Positions 53,328 to 61,739 of a stretch of 64,000 nt of DNA are shown one piece after another. The first letter of the stretch is position 1; each line of letters begins with the position of its first letter. The notes below the pieces were generated by a model. The model was not told the origin of the DNA and ran no database searches. It saw only the letters and a program-made list of their open reading frames with translations. Made by a program: the position numbers and the translations under genes. Source of the stretch: an uncultured Bacteroidales bacterium (GTDB lineage: Bacteria > Bacteroidota > Bacteroidia > Bacteroidales > UBA10428); assembly GCA_963752195.1 (NCBI GenBank), contig CAVVXI010000004.1, positions 2,053,641 through 2,117,640 on the forward strand, given 5' to 3'.

Positions 53328-54329
53328 ATGTTACAGAAACTGAAATTTCCACTACTGGCCTTAGGTATAACGGCATTTTTGCTGCCTTGCTGCAAACCCG
53401 ATGAAGGCTCCAAAAATTCAATTGCCGGAAGCATAGTCAAATCGATCTATATAGAACCCGATGGCACTAAATGGTTTGCAACCGACAAGGGTATATCCTC
53501 ATTTGATGGAACAACGTGGATCAATTTTGATGAAAGTGACGGTTTGCCTGTTGCCGGGTTTAATGGCATAACACAGTCGTCATCAGATCAAGGCACTAAT
53601 CTCTGGCTTGCAACTACCAGGGGAGCTATTGCAACCCATTGCGAAACAAATATTATGTCAATTGAAAACAGTTTCACCAAAGAAAACTCTGAACTTCTTA
53701 ATGATACAGTGCTGGCCATAGCCCTTGACAAGGCAGGATACCTGTGGATGGGTACCAGCATGGGACTGAATGGGTTAAAAAATAATACCGAATGGATTTT
53801 ACCTACAAAACAAATATTTACAAAACCCATAAGCTCAATCGGATCCTCCCAAGACGGATGGAATTATTTTGCAACTCTGGGCGCAGGCGTTGGAAGAAAC
53901 CAGACTTCCGTGGACGGCATTTCGGCAGCCTCTAACTATGAAATGCCCTGGGCAGGATTACCCTCCGACATTGTAAATACGGTTTATGTAGATCCGGGTA
54001 CCGGCAACCAATGGTTTGGCACGCCATCCGGAGCGGCCTACCATGTGGGAACTGAAACCAAGAGAAACTGGACAGTTTTCACTACAGCGGATGGACTTAT
54101 CAACGATGAAATACTTTCCATAGCCGGTGATTCCGATGGCAACATCTGGTTTGGAACAAAAGGCGGCGTGTCAAAATTAAGCAATTCAGTCTGGACATCT
54201 TATTCGACAACAGATGGTCTTGCCGGCAGTACGGTTTACGCAATTGCCCTTGATACCGACGGTTCCCTGTGGTTTGGAACCGATAAGGGCGTATCGCATT
54301 TTACCTCGGAACAATGGCTTAACTACTGA
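53328..54329 (+). CDS. Stand-alone two-component-regulator-propeller (Reg_prop) repeat lipoprotein
   Basis: A lipoprotein-like signal is present (AFLLPCC). Repeated W[FLM][GA]T..G blocks are KWFATDKGIS, LWLATTRGAI, LWMGTSMGLN, QWFGTPSGAA, IWFGTKGGVS and LWFGTDKGVS. Confidence 0.7.
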   Translation: MLQKLKFPLLALGITAFLLPCCKPDEGSKNSIAGSIVKSIYIEPDGTKWFATDKGISSFDGTTWINFDESDGLPVAGFNGITQSSSDQGTNLWLATTRGAIATHCETNIMSIENSFTKENSELLNDTVLAIALDKAGYLWMGTSMGLNGLKNNTEWILPTKQIFTKPISSIGSSQDGWNYFATLGAGVGRNQTSVDGISAASNYEMPWAGLPSDIVNTVYVDPGTGNQWFGTPSGAAYHVGTETKRNWTVFTTADGLINDEILSIAGDSDGNIWFGTKGGVSKLSNSVWTSYSTTDGLAGSTVYAIALDTDGSLWFGTDKGVSHFTSEQWLNY

Positions 54330-54367
54330 TAAATATTCAATGAAGTTACCTGACTAAAAAAATAACT

Positions 54368-56380
54368 ATGAAAAACATGTGGAGAAAAATCATGGATTGG
54401 ATGTTTATCTGCCATCCCGAGACAGGAAAAATCAGCGGATTCCGGAAACCAAAACTTTTTACCGTCATCCCTTTTATTATAATTGGCCTGGGTTCATTCA
54501 TCTGGTTATTGATCCGCGTGCTTCCCAAGCCAAGCCGGATAACATATCCCTGTATGAAGGTTGCGATGCCTCTGGCATTTTCATTCCTGGCCTACCTGGC
54601 TTCCATGAGTGCGACGGTTGTGCTTTTCCGGAAATCAATTACAAACTTCAAGGCACTCCGGTATAAATATGCCCTGCTTTTCCTGGTTTTTGCCCTCGTT
54701 GCGGGGACAGGGACACTGATATACGAGTCATTGCCATCCAATGCCGCCGGTGTGCATAGTCATGCTACTCTTTTTGAAGATCCCCTCGGCCCGAATACAC
54801 CCATAGGGACACCAAAGGGACTTTTCCCGGGCAGGGTGGTATGGGCTTTCAATCCGGATGCAACCAATGCGGCCTGCACGAACAGCAATCACAGCAATGC
54901 CTACTGGCTTGAAAAAAACTGCGATCAGGCAGTGGTGGATAAAATGTTTTCTGACGGCATTAAAGCATTAACCGGGAAAGAAACTCATGCCGAGGCCTGG
55001 GATGCTATTTTTCATTATTTCAATACGAACCATGCAAAGGGAGATATAGGCTATGCACCTGACGAGACCATCTTTATTAAAATAAACGCGGTTACTGCCT
55101 GGAGCGGCGCTGAACCGGATGGCGTTATGCCTGATTACCTGGGCATTGAAGACGATACATCACCACAGGCTATCCTTGCTTTGTTGAGACAACTTGTGAA
55201 TGAAGCCGGTGTTCCCCAGGAGAATATATTCATTGGTGACCCCATGGCCGATATTTGGAATACGTTATATGATAAATTTTATGCCGAATTCCCCGATATT
55301 AACTATACATCAAAAAGAACAATTACCGGAAGATATAAGTTAACGCCTGACACAAAGCCCGGTATCTATTATTCTGACAAAGGAACGGTGATGGATGATG
55401 ATCCTTCAAATTTCCATGCCAGCCATTGTTTCTTTAAAGAAATGGAAGATGCCGATTACATCCTGAATGTACCTGCAATGAAAGGTCACCGCTGGGGTGG
55501 TGTCACGATGTTCGCAAAAAATTATTTCGGGGCGAATACCACGGATGGGTCATGGCAGCTTCACAAAGGCCTGATGAAACCCGACAGCGATCCTTTACGG
55601 ACAGGCTACAATCACTACCGTGTTTTTGTGGATCTGATGTCGAGCAAATACCTGGGGGGTAAAACTTTGCTGTATTTTATGGACGCACTGTGGTCAACCA
55701 GCTTTGAACATCAGAAACCACAGAAATTCAGGACCGCTCCGTTTAACAATGACTGGTGTTCTTCCCTTTTGTTTTCGCTGGATCCGGTAGCCATTGAATC
55801 CGTTGGGCTCGATATTCTGCAGAAAGAATTTACAGTGGAAGAAATCGACAATAACAACAGTACACCAGATCGTTATACCTACGTTCAGTGGAATGGCGTC
55901 GATGATTATTTACACCAGGCTGCAAGCAGCGACTGGTGGCCTGAAGGCATAACCTATGATCCCGACAGTTCCGGCACACCGATTGGTAGCCTGGGTGTTC
56001 ATGAACACTGGAACAATACGACCGATATGGAATATTCAAGGAACCTGGGAACCGGTGAAGGAATTGAACTTGTAAAATTGTTTGAAATCCCTACCGCCAC
56101 CAGGGAAAACTTATCTGATTTTACGCTGGAAGCATTCCCCAACCCGACGACAACAACTGCAACGATTCGCTTTCATCTTGACCAAGGCAGCCGGACCAGG
56201 ATCGACATCTATTCCATTGATGGGAAATTTATCCTGACTTTAGTAAATGGTCAGCTTCAGGCCGGTGATCAACATATCGAATGGAATCCGGGAAATCTGA
56301 AAGGCACCTATTTTGTGAAACTGATCCTTTTTGACGGATCGGCACAAAAGGTATATAAGACGAGATTGCAGGTTATTTAA
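54368..56380 (+). CDS. DUF362-like protein with an N-terminal hydrophobic/YPCM region and a T9SS type A sorting domain (paralog 2)
   Basis: It aligns over its full length with 51290..53317. Shared blocks are ETIFIKIN, LALLRQLVN, PFNNDW, GVDDYLHQAA, ITYDP and HEHW. The C-terminus reads FPNPTTTTATIRF ... YSIDGKFI ... LKGTYFVKL. Confidence 0.7.
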   Translation: MKNMWRKIMDWMFICHPETGKISGFRKPKLFTVIPFIIIGLGSFIWLLIRVLPKPSRITYPCMKVAMPLAFSFLAYLASMSATVVLFRKSITNFKALRYKYALLFLVFALVAGTGTLIYESLPSNAAGVHSHATLFEDPLGPNTPIGTPKGLFPGRVVWAFNPDATNAACTNSNHSNAYWLEKNCDQAVVDKMFSDGIKALTGKETHAEAWDAIFHYFNTNHAKGDIGYAPDETIFIKINAVTAWSGAEPDGVMPDYLGIEDDTSPQAILALLRQLVNEAGVPQENIFIGDPMADIWNTLYDKFYAEFPDINYTSKRTITGRYKLTPDTKPGIYYSDKGTVMDDDPSNFHASHCFFKEMEDADYILNVPAMKGHRWGGVTMFAKNYFGANTTDGSWQLHKGLMKPDSDPLRTGYNHYRVFVDLMSSKYLGGKTLLYFMDALWSTSFEHQKPQKFRTAPFNNDWCSSLLFSLDPVAIESVGLDILQKEFTVEEIDNNNSTPDRYTYVQWNGVDDYLHQAASSDWWPEGITYDPDSSGTPIGSLGVHEHWNNTTDMEYSRNLGTGEGIELVKLFEIPTATRENLSDFTLEAFPNPTTTTATIRFHLDQGSRTRIDIYSIDGKFILTLVNGQLQAGDQHIEWNPGNLKGTYFVKLILFDGSAQKVYKTRLQVI

Positions 56381-56388
56381 GGCAACCT

Positions 56389-56416
56389 TCTCATCTCTCA
56401 TCTCTCATCTCTCATC
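56389..56416. repeat. Heptamer array (TCTCATC)4
   Basis: Read directly from the sequence. It starts 9 nt after the stop of the DUF362 paralog 2 gene. Confidence 0.9.
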
Positions 56417-56500
56417 CGACCGCTTCAAGGGTCTGCGACCACTTGAAGGGTCTGGCATTGCCAAAAAGGAAAGTATAATTCCTATTGTATGACGTTTCAT

Positions 56501-56528
56501 TAGTTGTTAGTTGCTAGTTGATTATTGG
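56501..56528. repeat. Heptamer array TAGTTGT TAGTTGC TAGTTGA TTATTGG
   Basis: Read directly from the sequence. Confidence 0.85.
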
Positions 56529-56551
56529 TTCTGAAGTCCTGTGGCGCCAGC

Positions 56552-56586
56552 GTCACTCGTCACTCGTCACACGTCACTCGTCACTT
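56552..56586. repeat. Heptamer array GTCACTC GTCACTC GTCACAC GTCACTC GTCACTT (complement of the GAGTGAC family)
   Basis: Read directly from the sequence. The same family occurs at 16584 and 41743-41830. Confidence 0.9.
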
Positions 56587-56594
56587 TCTTATCA

Positions 56595-56650
56595 CTTTTA
56601 GTTTTTCGTTTTTAGTTTTTAGTTTTTAGTTTTTCATTGTTCATTGTTCA
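56595..56650. repeat. Heptamer array CTTTTAG TTTTTCG (TTTTTAG)3 TTTTTCA (TTGTTCA)2, overlapping the aspartate kinase stop
   Basis: Read directly from the sequence. It holds an in-phase 7-nt register over 8 units. On the minus strand it reads AAC AAT GAA CAA TGA, the C-terminal NNEQ and stop of the gene at 56634..57914. The same TTTTTAG family occurs at 21389. Confidence 0.9.
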
Positions 56651-57914
56651 CTGAACCAAGATCCTTCACCACCATTTGAACCGTTGTCTTTGTCCGCTGA
56701 GAAAGCAGCAGGTCTTTATTGACAAGCACACGTGAAAGGGTGGCATCATCAAAGTAACGGATGGTAATCAGCTCCAGACCTGTTGAAAAACTCACCCTGA
56801 ACTCTTTTTCCAGTTCCGCAATTACCCCGGGTATCCGGCTTTTATCATTGCTTACACAAACATCAAAACTGACTGCAGAATTCTGCATGAGGTTTATCTT
56901 CAGACCGTATAATGCAAAACACCGGAATATTTTCTCCAGGTTATCCTCTGCGACAAAGGAAAAATCCATCGGGTGAATATGGATCAATACCTGGTCGATC
57001 TTAAATATGAAGGAAGGGATCAGTTTTTCATAATCATTCTCGCCGATGACAGTTCCGGGATCCCCCGGCTGAAGGAATGACTTGACGAATAATTTGATAC
57101 CCTTGTTTTTCAGGGGCTGTATGGTTTTTGGATGGATTACGCTGGCACCATAATAGGCCAGTTCAATGGCGTCCACATAGGAAATCTTTTCAAGTCTGAC
57201 CGTTTCGTCAAACCACTTGGGATCCGCATTCAGCACGCCGGGAACATCCTTCCATACAGTGACGGAATCGGCCGACAACACATGGGCCAGGATGGCTGCC
57301 GTATAATCGGACCCTTCTCTTCCGAGTGTCGTTGTGAGGTTATTCACGGTTGACCCGATAAACCCCTGGGTTATATACAATCCGGTATGCCTGAAACTAA
57401 ACCGTTCGCTGACTCTCACGGAAGTCATATCCCAGTCAACACGAGCCTCCCGGAATGTTCCATCGGTTTTCAAAAATTGCCTTGCATCGGCCCATTCATT
57501 TGGCATGCCTATGTTGTTCAGGTAATTGCTTACAATAATCGTTGAAATGATCTCTCCCCAGGAAACAAGCTGATCATATTCTTCATTATAGGTTCCCGCG
57601 GGCGATACCTCCATTTTTTTTACCAGTCCCTCAAAAATATGCGCCAGCTCCCCGAACATTGCATGTTGCCGGTCAGGGATAAGTTCCCCTGCAATTTTTA
57701 AATGATATTCGCGGATGGAGTGGATTTCTGTTACAGCCCCTACCCTGTCCCCACTTATGTAGGCATGCAAAACGCGCTCAAGGGCATTCGTGGTTTTGCC
57801 CATTGCTGATATCACCACCACCATATTCACTTCGAATTTTCGAAGGATAGAAGCGATGTTCCTCACAGATTCCGGATCTTTAACGGATGCACCTCCAAAT
57901 TTGAAGACTTTCAT
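56634..57914 (-). CDS. lysC: Aspartate kinase (LysC-type, two C-terminal ACT domains)
   Basis: The N-terminus is MKVFKFGGASV. Other blocks are VVVISAMGKTTN and GREGSDYTAA. The length is 426 aa. Confidence 0.85.
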   Translation of the reverse strand: MKVFKFGGASVKDPESVRNIASILRKFEVNMVVVISAMGKTTNALERVLHAYISGDRVGAVTEIHSIREYHLKIAGELIPDRQHAMFGELAHIFEGLVKKMEVSPAGTYNEEYDQLVSWGEIISTIIVSNYLNNIGMPNEWADARQFLKTDGTFREARVDWDMTSVRVSERFSFRHTGLYITQGFIGSTVNNLTTTLGREGSDYTAAILAHVLSADSVTVWKDVPGVLNADPKWFDETVRLEKISYVDAIELAYYGASVIHPKTIQPLKNKGIKLFVKSFLQPGDPGTVIGENDYEKLIPSFIFKIDQVLIHIHPMDFSFVAEDNLEKIFRCFALYGLKINLMQNSAVSFDVCVSNDKSRIPGVIAELEKEFRVSFSTGLELITIRYFDDATLSRVLVNKDLLLSQRTKTTVQMVVKDLGSVNNEQ

Positions 57915-57963
57915 TGTTTTGCATTTTAGTTCAAAAATAATCTTTTCAAAATATATTAATCCC

Positions 57964-57971
57964 TAATTTTG
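57964..57971 (+). promoter_or_regulatory. Candidate -7 promoter box TAATTTTG upstream of or overlapping the annotated mfd start
   Basis: It matches TAnnTTTG. A near -33 (TTTC) lies about 19 nt upstream. It overlaps the TTG at 57969 used by the ORF track. Confidence 0.3.
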
Positions 57972-60900
57972 TGCCTTCAATTATCCGAATTATCTGTGGC
58001 TTTAGCTGAACTCATCCAACATTACAGGCAACATCCCGCATGCAGCGACCTCGCCTCCCTTTTAATATCCAATAACAACCGGAAGATTCTTTGTTCCGGC
58101 CTGACCGGTTCATCTAAAAGCCTGCTGACAGCTGCCATTATCCCCCAGCTGGCTGGAATACATCTTATCATGATGCCGGATAAGGAGGATTCAGCCTATT
58201 TTTACAACGATCTTGTTAATTTGCTTGGCAGTGAACATGTTTTATTCTTTCCCTCTTCTTTCAAGCGGTCGGTTCATTATAACCAGTTTGATAATGGAAA
58301 TATCATCCTGCGCACCAACGTAATTAACCGGCTGGGAAATTTTAACAGTGAAAAAGACGAATACCTGGTCCTGGTCACTTATCCCGAAGGCCTTTCCGAA
58401 AAAGTGATCACCCACAAAAAGCTGAAAAAAAACACGCTGCAACTGGTAAAAGGTGAAAAGATCCCGGTTTCCTTCGTTGGTGAAGTGATGGAGGAATACC
58501 GGTTCACCCAGGTTGACTTTGTTTATGAACCGGGACAATATTCGATCAGGGGCAGCATATTTGATATTTTTTCCTTTTCAAGTCCGGATCCCTACCGGAT
58601 CGACTTTTTCGGCGATGAGGTTGAAACCATCCGCACTTTTGATGTGGAAACCCAGTTATCAAAGGGTTTTCTTGAAAAAATAAACATTCTTCCCAACATC
58701 CAGGAACTGACACTCGAGGACGTAAGCGAGCCCCTCACTGACTATCTTGATCCCACAGCTATTCTTTGGATCCAGGATATCCGGTATTCAACCGACAAGC
58801 TGAATGACATATTTGATGCCATTTCCCATCGTGCCGAAAAGAGTGAGGAAACCGTTCCTTTAACCGGTAGCCAGCTTACGACAGGAAGATACCTGCTTGG
58901 AAAAATTCCCGATTTCAGGCTGGTTGAATTCGGTGTCCGAAGTTTCTACCCCCACAGCAGGGTAATAACATTCAATACAACGCCACAGCCGGCTTTCAAC
59001 AAAAATTTCAACTTGCTGGCTGAGGATCTGCTATCGCTCGCGGCAGAAAGGTATAAAAATTACATTATCAGTGATAATGAAAAACAGATTGAACGGTTAA
59101 CCTCCATCTTTCACGACATTAACCACAACATCCGTTTTACTCCTCTTTTGAAAACCCTGCACGAGGGATTCATTGACCGCGACCTGCTCATTAGCTGCTA
59201 TACTGATCACCAGATTTTCGAACGTTTCCATAAATATACGCTGCAGAATTATTTCTCCAACCGCGGGGCAATCACGCTGAAGGAATTAAAAGGCCTGCAG
59301 CCCGGAGATTATGTAGTGCATATTGATCATGGAATCGCAAAATTTGGCGGACTTGAGAAAATTGACATCAATGGCAAGATGCAGGAATCAGCCCGGCTTG
59401 TATACCAGGATAATGACATTCTGTATGTCAGTATCCACGCATTGCACCGTATTTCGAAATACAAAGGTAAAGAAAATGAGGCGCCCCGCTTATACAAACT
59501 GGGAACCGGTGCATGGCAAAAGCTGAAACAAAACACCCGGAAAAAAATCAAGGATATTGCCCGCGAACTGATCGACCTGTATGCCCGGAGGAAAATGCAA
59601 AAAGGTTTTGCCTTTGCACCGGACACGTATATGCAGACGGAATTGGAGGCCTCCTTTATTTACGAAGATACACCCGACCAGGTAAAAGCCACAAAAGCCA
59701 TCAAGGAGGATATGGAATCCGAAAATCCGATGGACCGCCTTATTTGCGGCGATGTAGGATTTGGAAAAACGGAGGTAGCAGTCCGTGCTGCCTTTAAGGC
59801 GGTTGCCGACAATAAACAGGTGGCCATCCTGGTACCTACCACCATCCTGGCACTCCAGCATTATCATACATTCAATGACCGGCTGAAGGATTTTCCCTGC
59901 AATGTGGAATACATTAACCGATTTAAAAAAGGCAGCCAGCAAACCGATATTACAAAAAGGCTGGCGGATGGTAAAATCGATATTATCATTGGCACGCACC
60001 GCCTGCTGGGCTCTGACATTAAATTCAAAGATCTTGGACTCCTGGTAGTGGATGAAGAACAAAAATTCGGTGTATCCGCCAAAGAAAAGTTGAAAAATAT
60101 TAAACTGAACGTCGATACACTTACGTTAACAGCCACTCCAATACCCCGCACATTGCAGTTTTCCCTCATGGGCGCCCGCGACCTTTCGGTAATTAATACG
60201 CCTCCGCCCAACCGGCATCCGATCGTAACCGAATTACACACATTCAATGATGATATTGTGCGTGAAGGCATTGATTATGAAATTTCACGGGGAGGCCAGG
60301 TTTTTTTCATCAATAACCGCGTCCAAAACATCAATGAGGTGGAAGCTCTTATCCGAAAGTTGTGTCCGGGCGTGAAAACCTGTGTGGCACATGGCCAGAT
60401 GGAAGGACATGAACTTGAGAAAGCCATGACCGATTTTATCCGGGGCGATTATGACGTGCTGGTTGCTACTGCCATTATAGAATCAGGTCTTGATATTCCC
60501 AATGCAAACACTATTTTCATTAACAATGCACATCATTTCGGGCTGAGTGACCTTCACCAGTTGCGCGGACGTGTCGGAAGATCAAATAAGAAAGCCTTCT
60601 GTTATCTGCTCTCTCCGGCCCCTACCCTGTTGACACCTGAAGCACGCCGCAGGCTGAAAGCGGTGGAGGAATTGTCCGACCTGGGAAGCGGATTTAACAT
60701 TGCATTGCAGGACCTGGATATCCGGGGCGCCGGCAATATGCTGGGAGGGGAGCAAAGCGGATTTATCGCCGACATTGGTTTTGAAACATACAACCGTATC
60801 CTGAACGAAGCGATGCAGGAACTGAAAGAAACAGAATATCCTGATTTGTTTCCCGCCAAAGAAAAGGTTGATGAAGAAGGAGAGCACGTATTTGTGGACG

Positions 60901-61355
60901 ATTGCCAGATTGACACAGACCTGGAACTGCTGTTTCCCGAAGAATATGTATCCAATATTTCGGAACGGATGAACCTTTACAGGGAACTTGATCAGATTCA
61001 GCGGCAAGAGGACCTTCACGTTTTTGAAAAGGGACTGGTCGACCGCTTTGGTCCGCTTCCGGGTCCCGGCCGCGACCTTCTGCAGGTGGTGAATCTGCGG
61101 CAACTGGCAAACCGGTTGGGATTTGAAAAGATTGTACTGAAAAATGAAAAGATGATCGGGTATTTTGTTTCAAACCAGGATTCTCCTTTATATAAATCAA
61201 AGGTATTTACCCGTATCCTGAGTTTTGTCCAAAAACAACCCCGTCTTTTCAGGATGAAGGAACAAAACAACAAACTCACACTGGCATGCGAGCCAATTCA
61301 TTCGGTAATGGCCGCCTGTGAATTGCTAAAAACATTGTACACAGGGGAAGACTGA
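57969..61355 (+). CDS. mfd: Transcription-repair coupling factor
   Basis: Blocks are the helicase motif I GDVGFGKTEVA, the DEEQKFG box, QLRGRVGR, a CarD/TRCF-like region (PGDYVVHIDHGIAKF) and a TRG-like region. The start is uncertain: it could be TTG at 57969 or the in-frame GTG at 57996. Confidence 0.92.
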   Translation: MCLQLSELSVALAELIQHYRQHPACSDLASLLISNNNRKILCSGLTGSSKSLLTAAIIPQLAGIHLIMMPDKEDSAYFYNDLVNLLGSEHVLFFPSSFKRSVHYNQFDNGNIILRTNVINRLGNFNSEKDEYLVLVTYPEGLSEKVITHKKLKKNTLQLVKGEKIPVSFVGEVMEEYRFTQVDFVYEPGQYSIRGSIFDIFSFSSPDPYRIDFFGDEVETIRTFDVETQLSKGFLEKINILPNIQELTLEDVSEPLTDYLDPTAILWIQDIRYSTDKLNDIFDAISHRAEKSEETVPLTGSQLTTGRYLLGKIPDFRLVEFGVRSFYPHSRVITFNTTPQPAFNKNFNLLAEDLLSLAAERYKNYIISDNEKQIERLTSIFHDINHNIRFTPLLKTLHEGFIDRDLLISCYTDHQIFERFHKYTLQNYFSNRGAITLKELKGLQPGDYVVHIDHGIAKFGGLEKIDINGKMQESARLVYQDNDILYVSIHALHRISKYKGKENEAPRLYKLGTGAWQKLKQNTRKKIKDIARELIDLYARRKMQKGFAFAPDTYMQTELEASFIYEDTPDQVKATKAIKEDMESENPMDRLICGDVGFGKTEVAVRAAFKAVADNKQVAILVPTTILALQHYHTFNDRLKDFPCNVEYINRFKKGSQQTDITKRLADGKIDIIIGTHRLLGSDIKFKDLGLLVVDEEQKFGVSAKEKLKNIKLNVDTLTLTATPIPRTLQFSLMGARDLSVINTPPPNRHPIVTELHTFNDDIVREGIDYEISRGGQVFFINNRVQNINEVEALIRKLCPGVKTCVAHGQMEGHELEKAMTDFIRGDYDVLVATAIIESGLDIPNANTIFINNAHHFGLSDLHQLRGRVGRSNKKAFCYLLSPAPTLLTPEARRRLKAVEELSDLGSGFNIALQDLDIRGAGNMLGGEQSGFIADIGFETYNRILNEAMQELKETEYPDLFPAKEKVDEEGEHVFVDDCQIDTDLELLFPEEYVSNISERMNLYRELDQIQRQEDLHVFEKGLVDRFGPLPGPGRDLLQVVNLRQLANRLGFEKIVLKNEKMIGYFVSNQDSPLYKSKVFTRILSFVQKQPRLFRMKEQNNKLTLACEPIHSVMAACELLKTLYTGED

Positions 61356-61362
61356 TTCCGGT

Positions 61363-61614
61363 CTATTTTTTACTTTTAAACAACAAGGCGAGAATGATGG
61401 CTGTTCCACTCAGGATAAGCCCCAGGGAAAATAATCCATAGCGCACATTTTTCATTCCGTCACCGATCGCATTATTCACATCAATTATTATTGTAAAGGC
61501 AACAATCATAAAAAACAAACCCAACAAGGCAATCAGAAAATTTCTTACCCCTCTCATCTTAGTTTTGAGCTTTGACTTACCATAGATTTTCTTTTCGAAA
61601 TCTGAATATATCAT
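61363..61614 (-). CDS. Small two-TM membrane protein, hypothetical
   Basis: The 83-aa ORF has two clear hydrophobic helices. I recognised no family. Confidence 0.45.
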   Translation of the reverse strand: MIYSDFEKKIYGKSKLKTKMRGVRNFLIALLGLFFMIVAFTIIIDVNNAIGDGMKNVRYGLFSLGLILSGTAIILALLFKSKK

Positions 61615-61739
61615 GCTGTTATTTTTATAGATTTACCTGGATATAATTCTCATCAAAGCGTGAAAATTAAACTATTTTAAAGTAAAAACATCAAAATAAA
61701 ATTAACAATTTTAAATTTGTTGCTGATTTAGCTTTTTAT

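Noticed and set aside
56423-56448. The hairpin CTTCAAGGGTC-tgc-GACCaCTTGAAG, considered as the terminator of the DUF362 paralog 2 gene.
   Set aside because: No U-tract follows it, and it is part of a 19-nt direct duplication. I kept it as an observation inside the spacer finding rather than calling a terminator.
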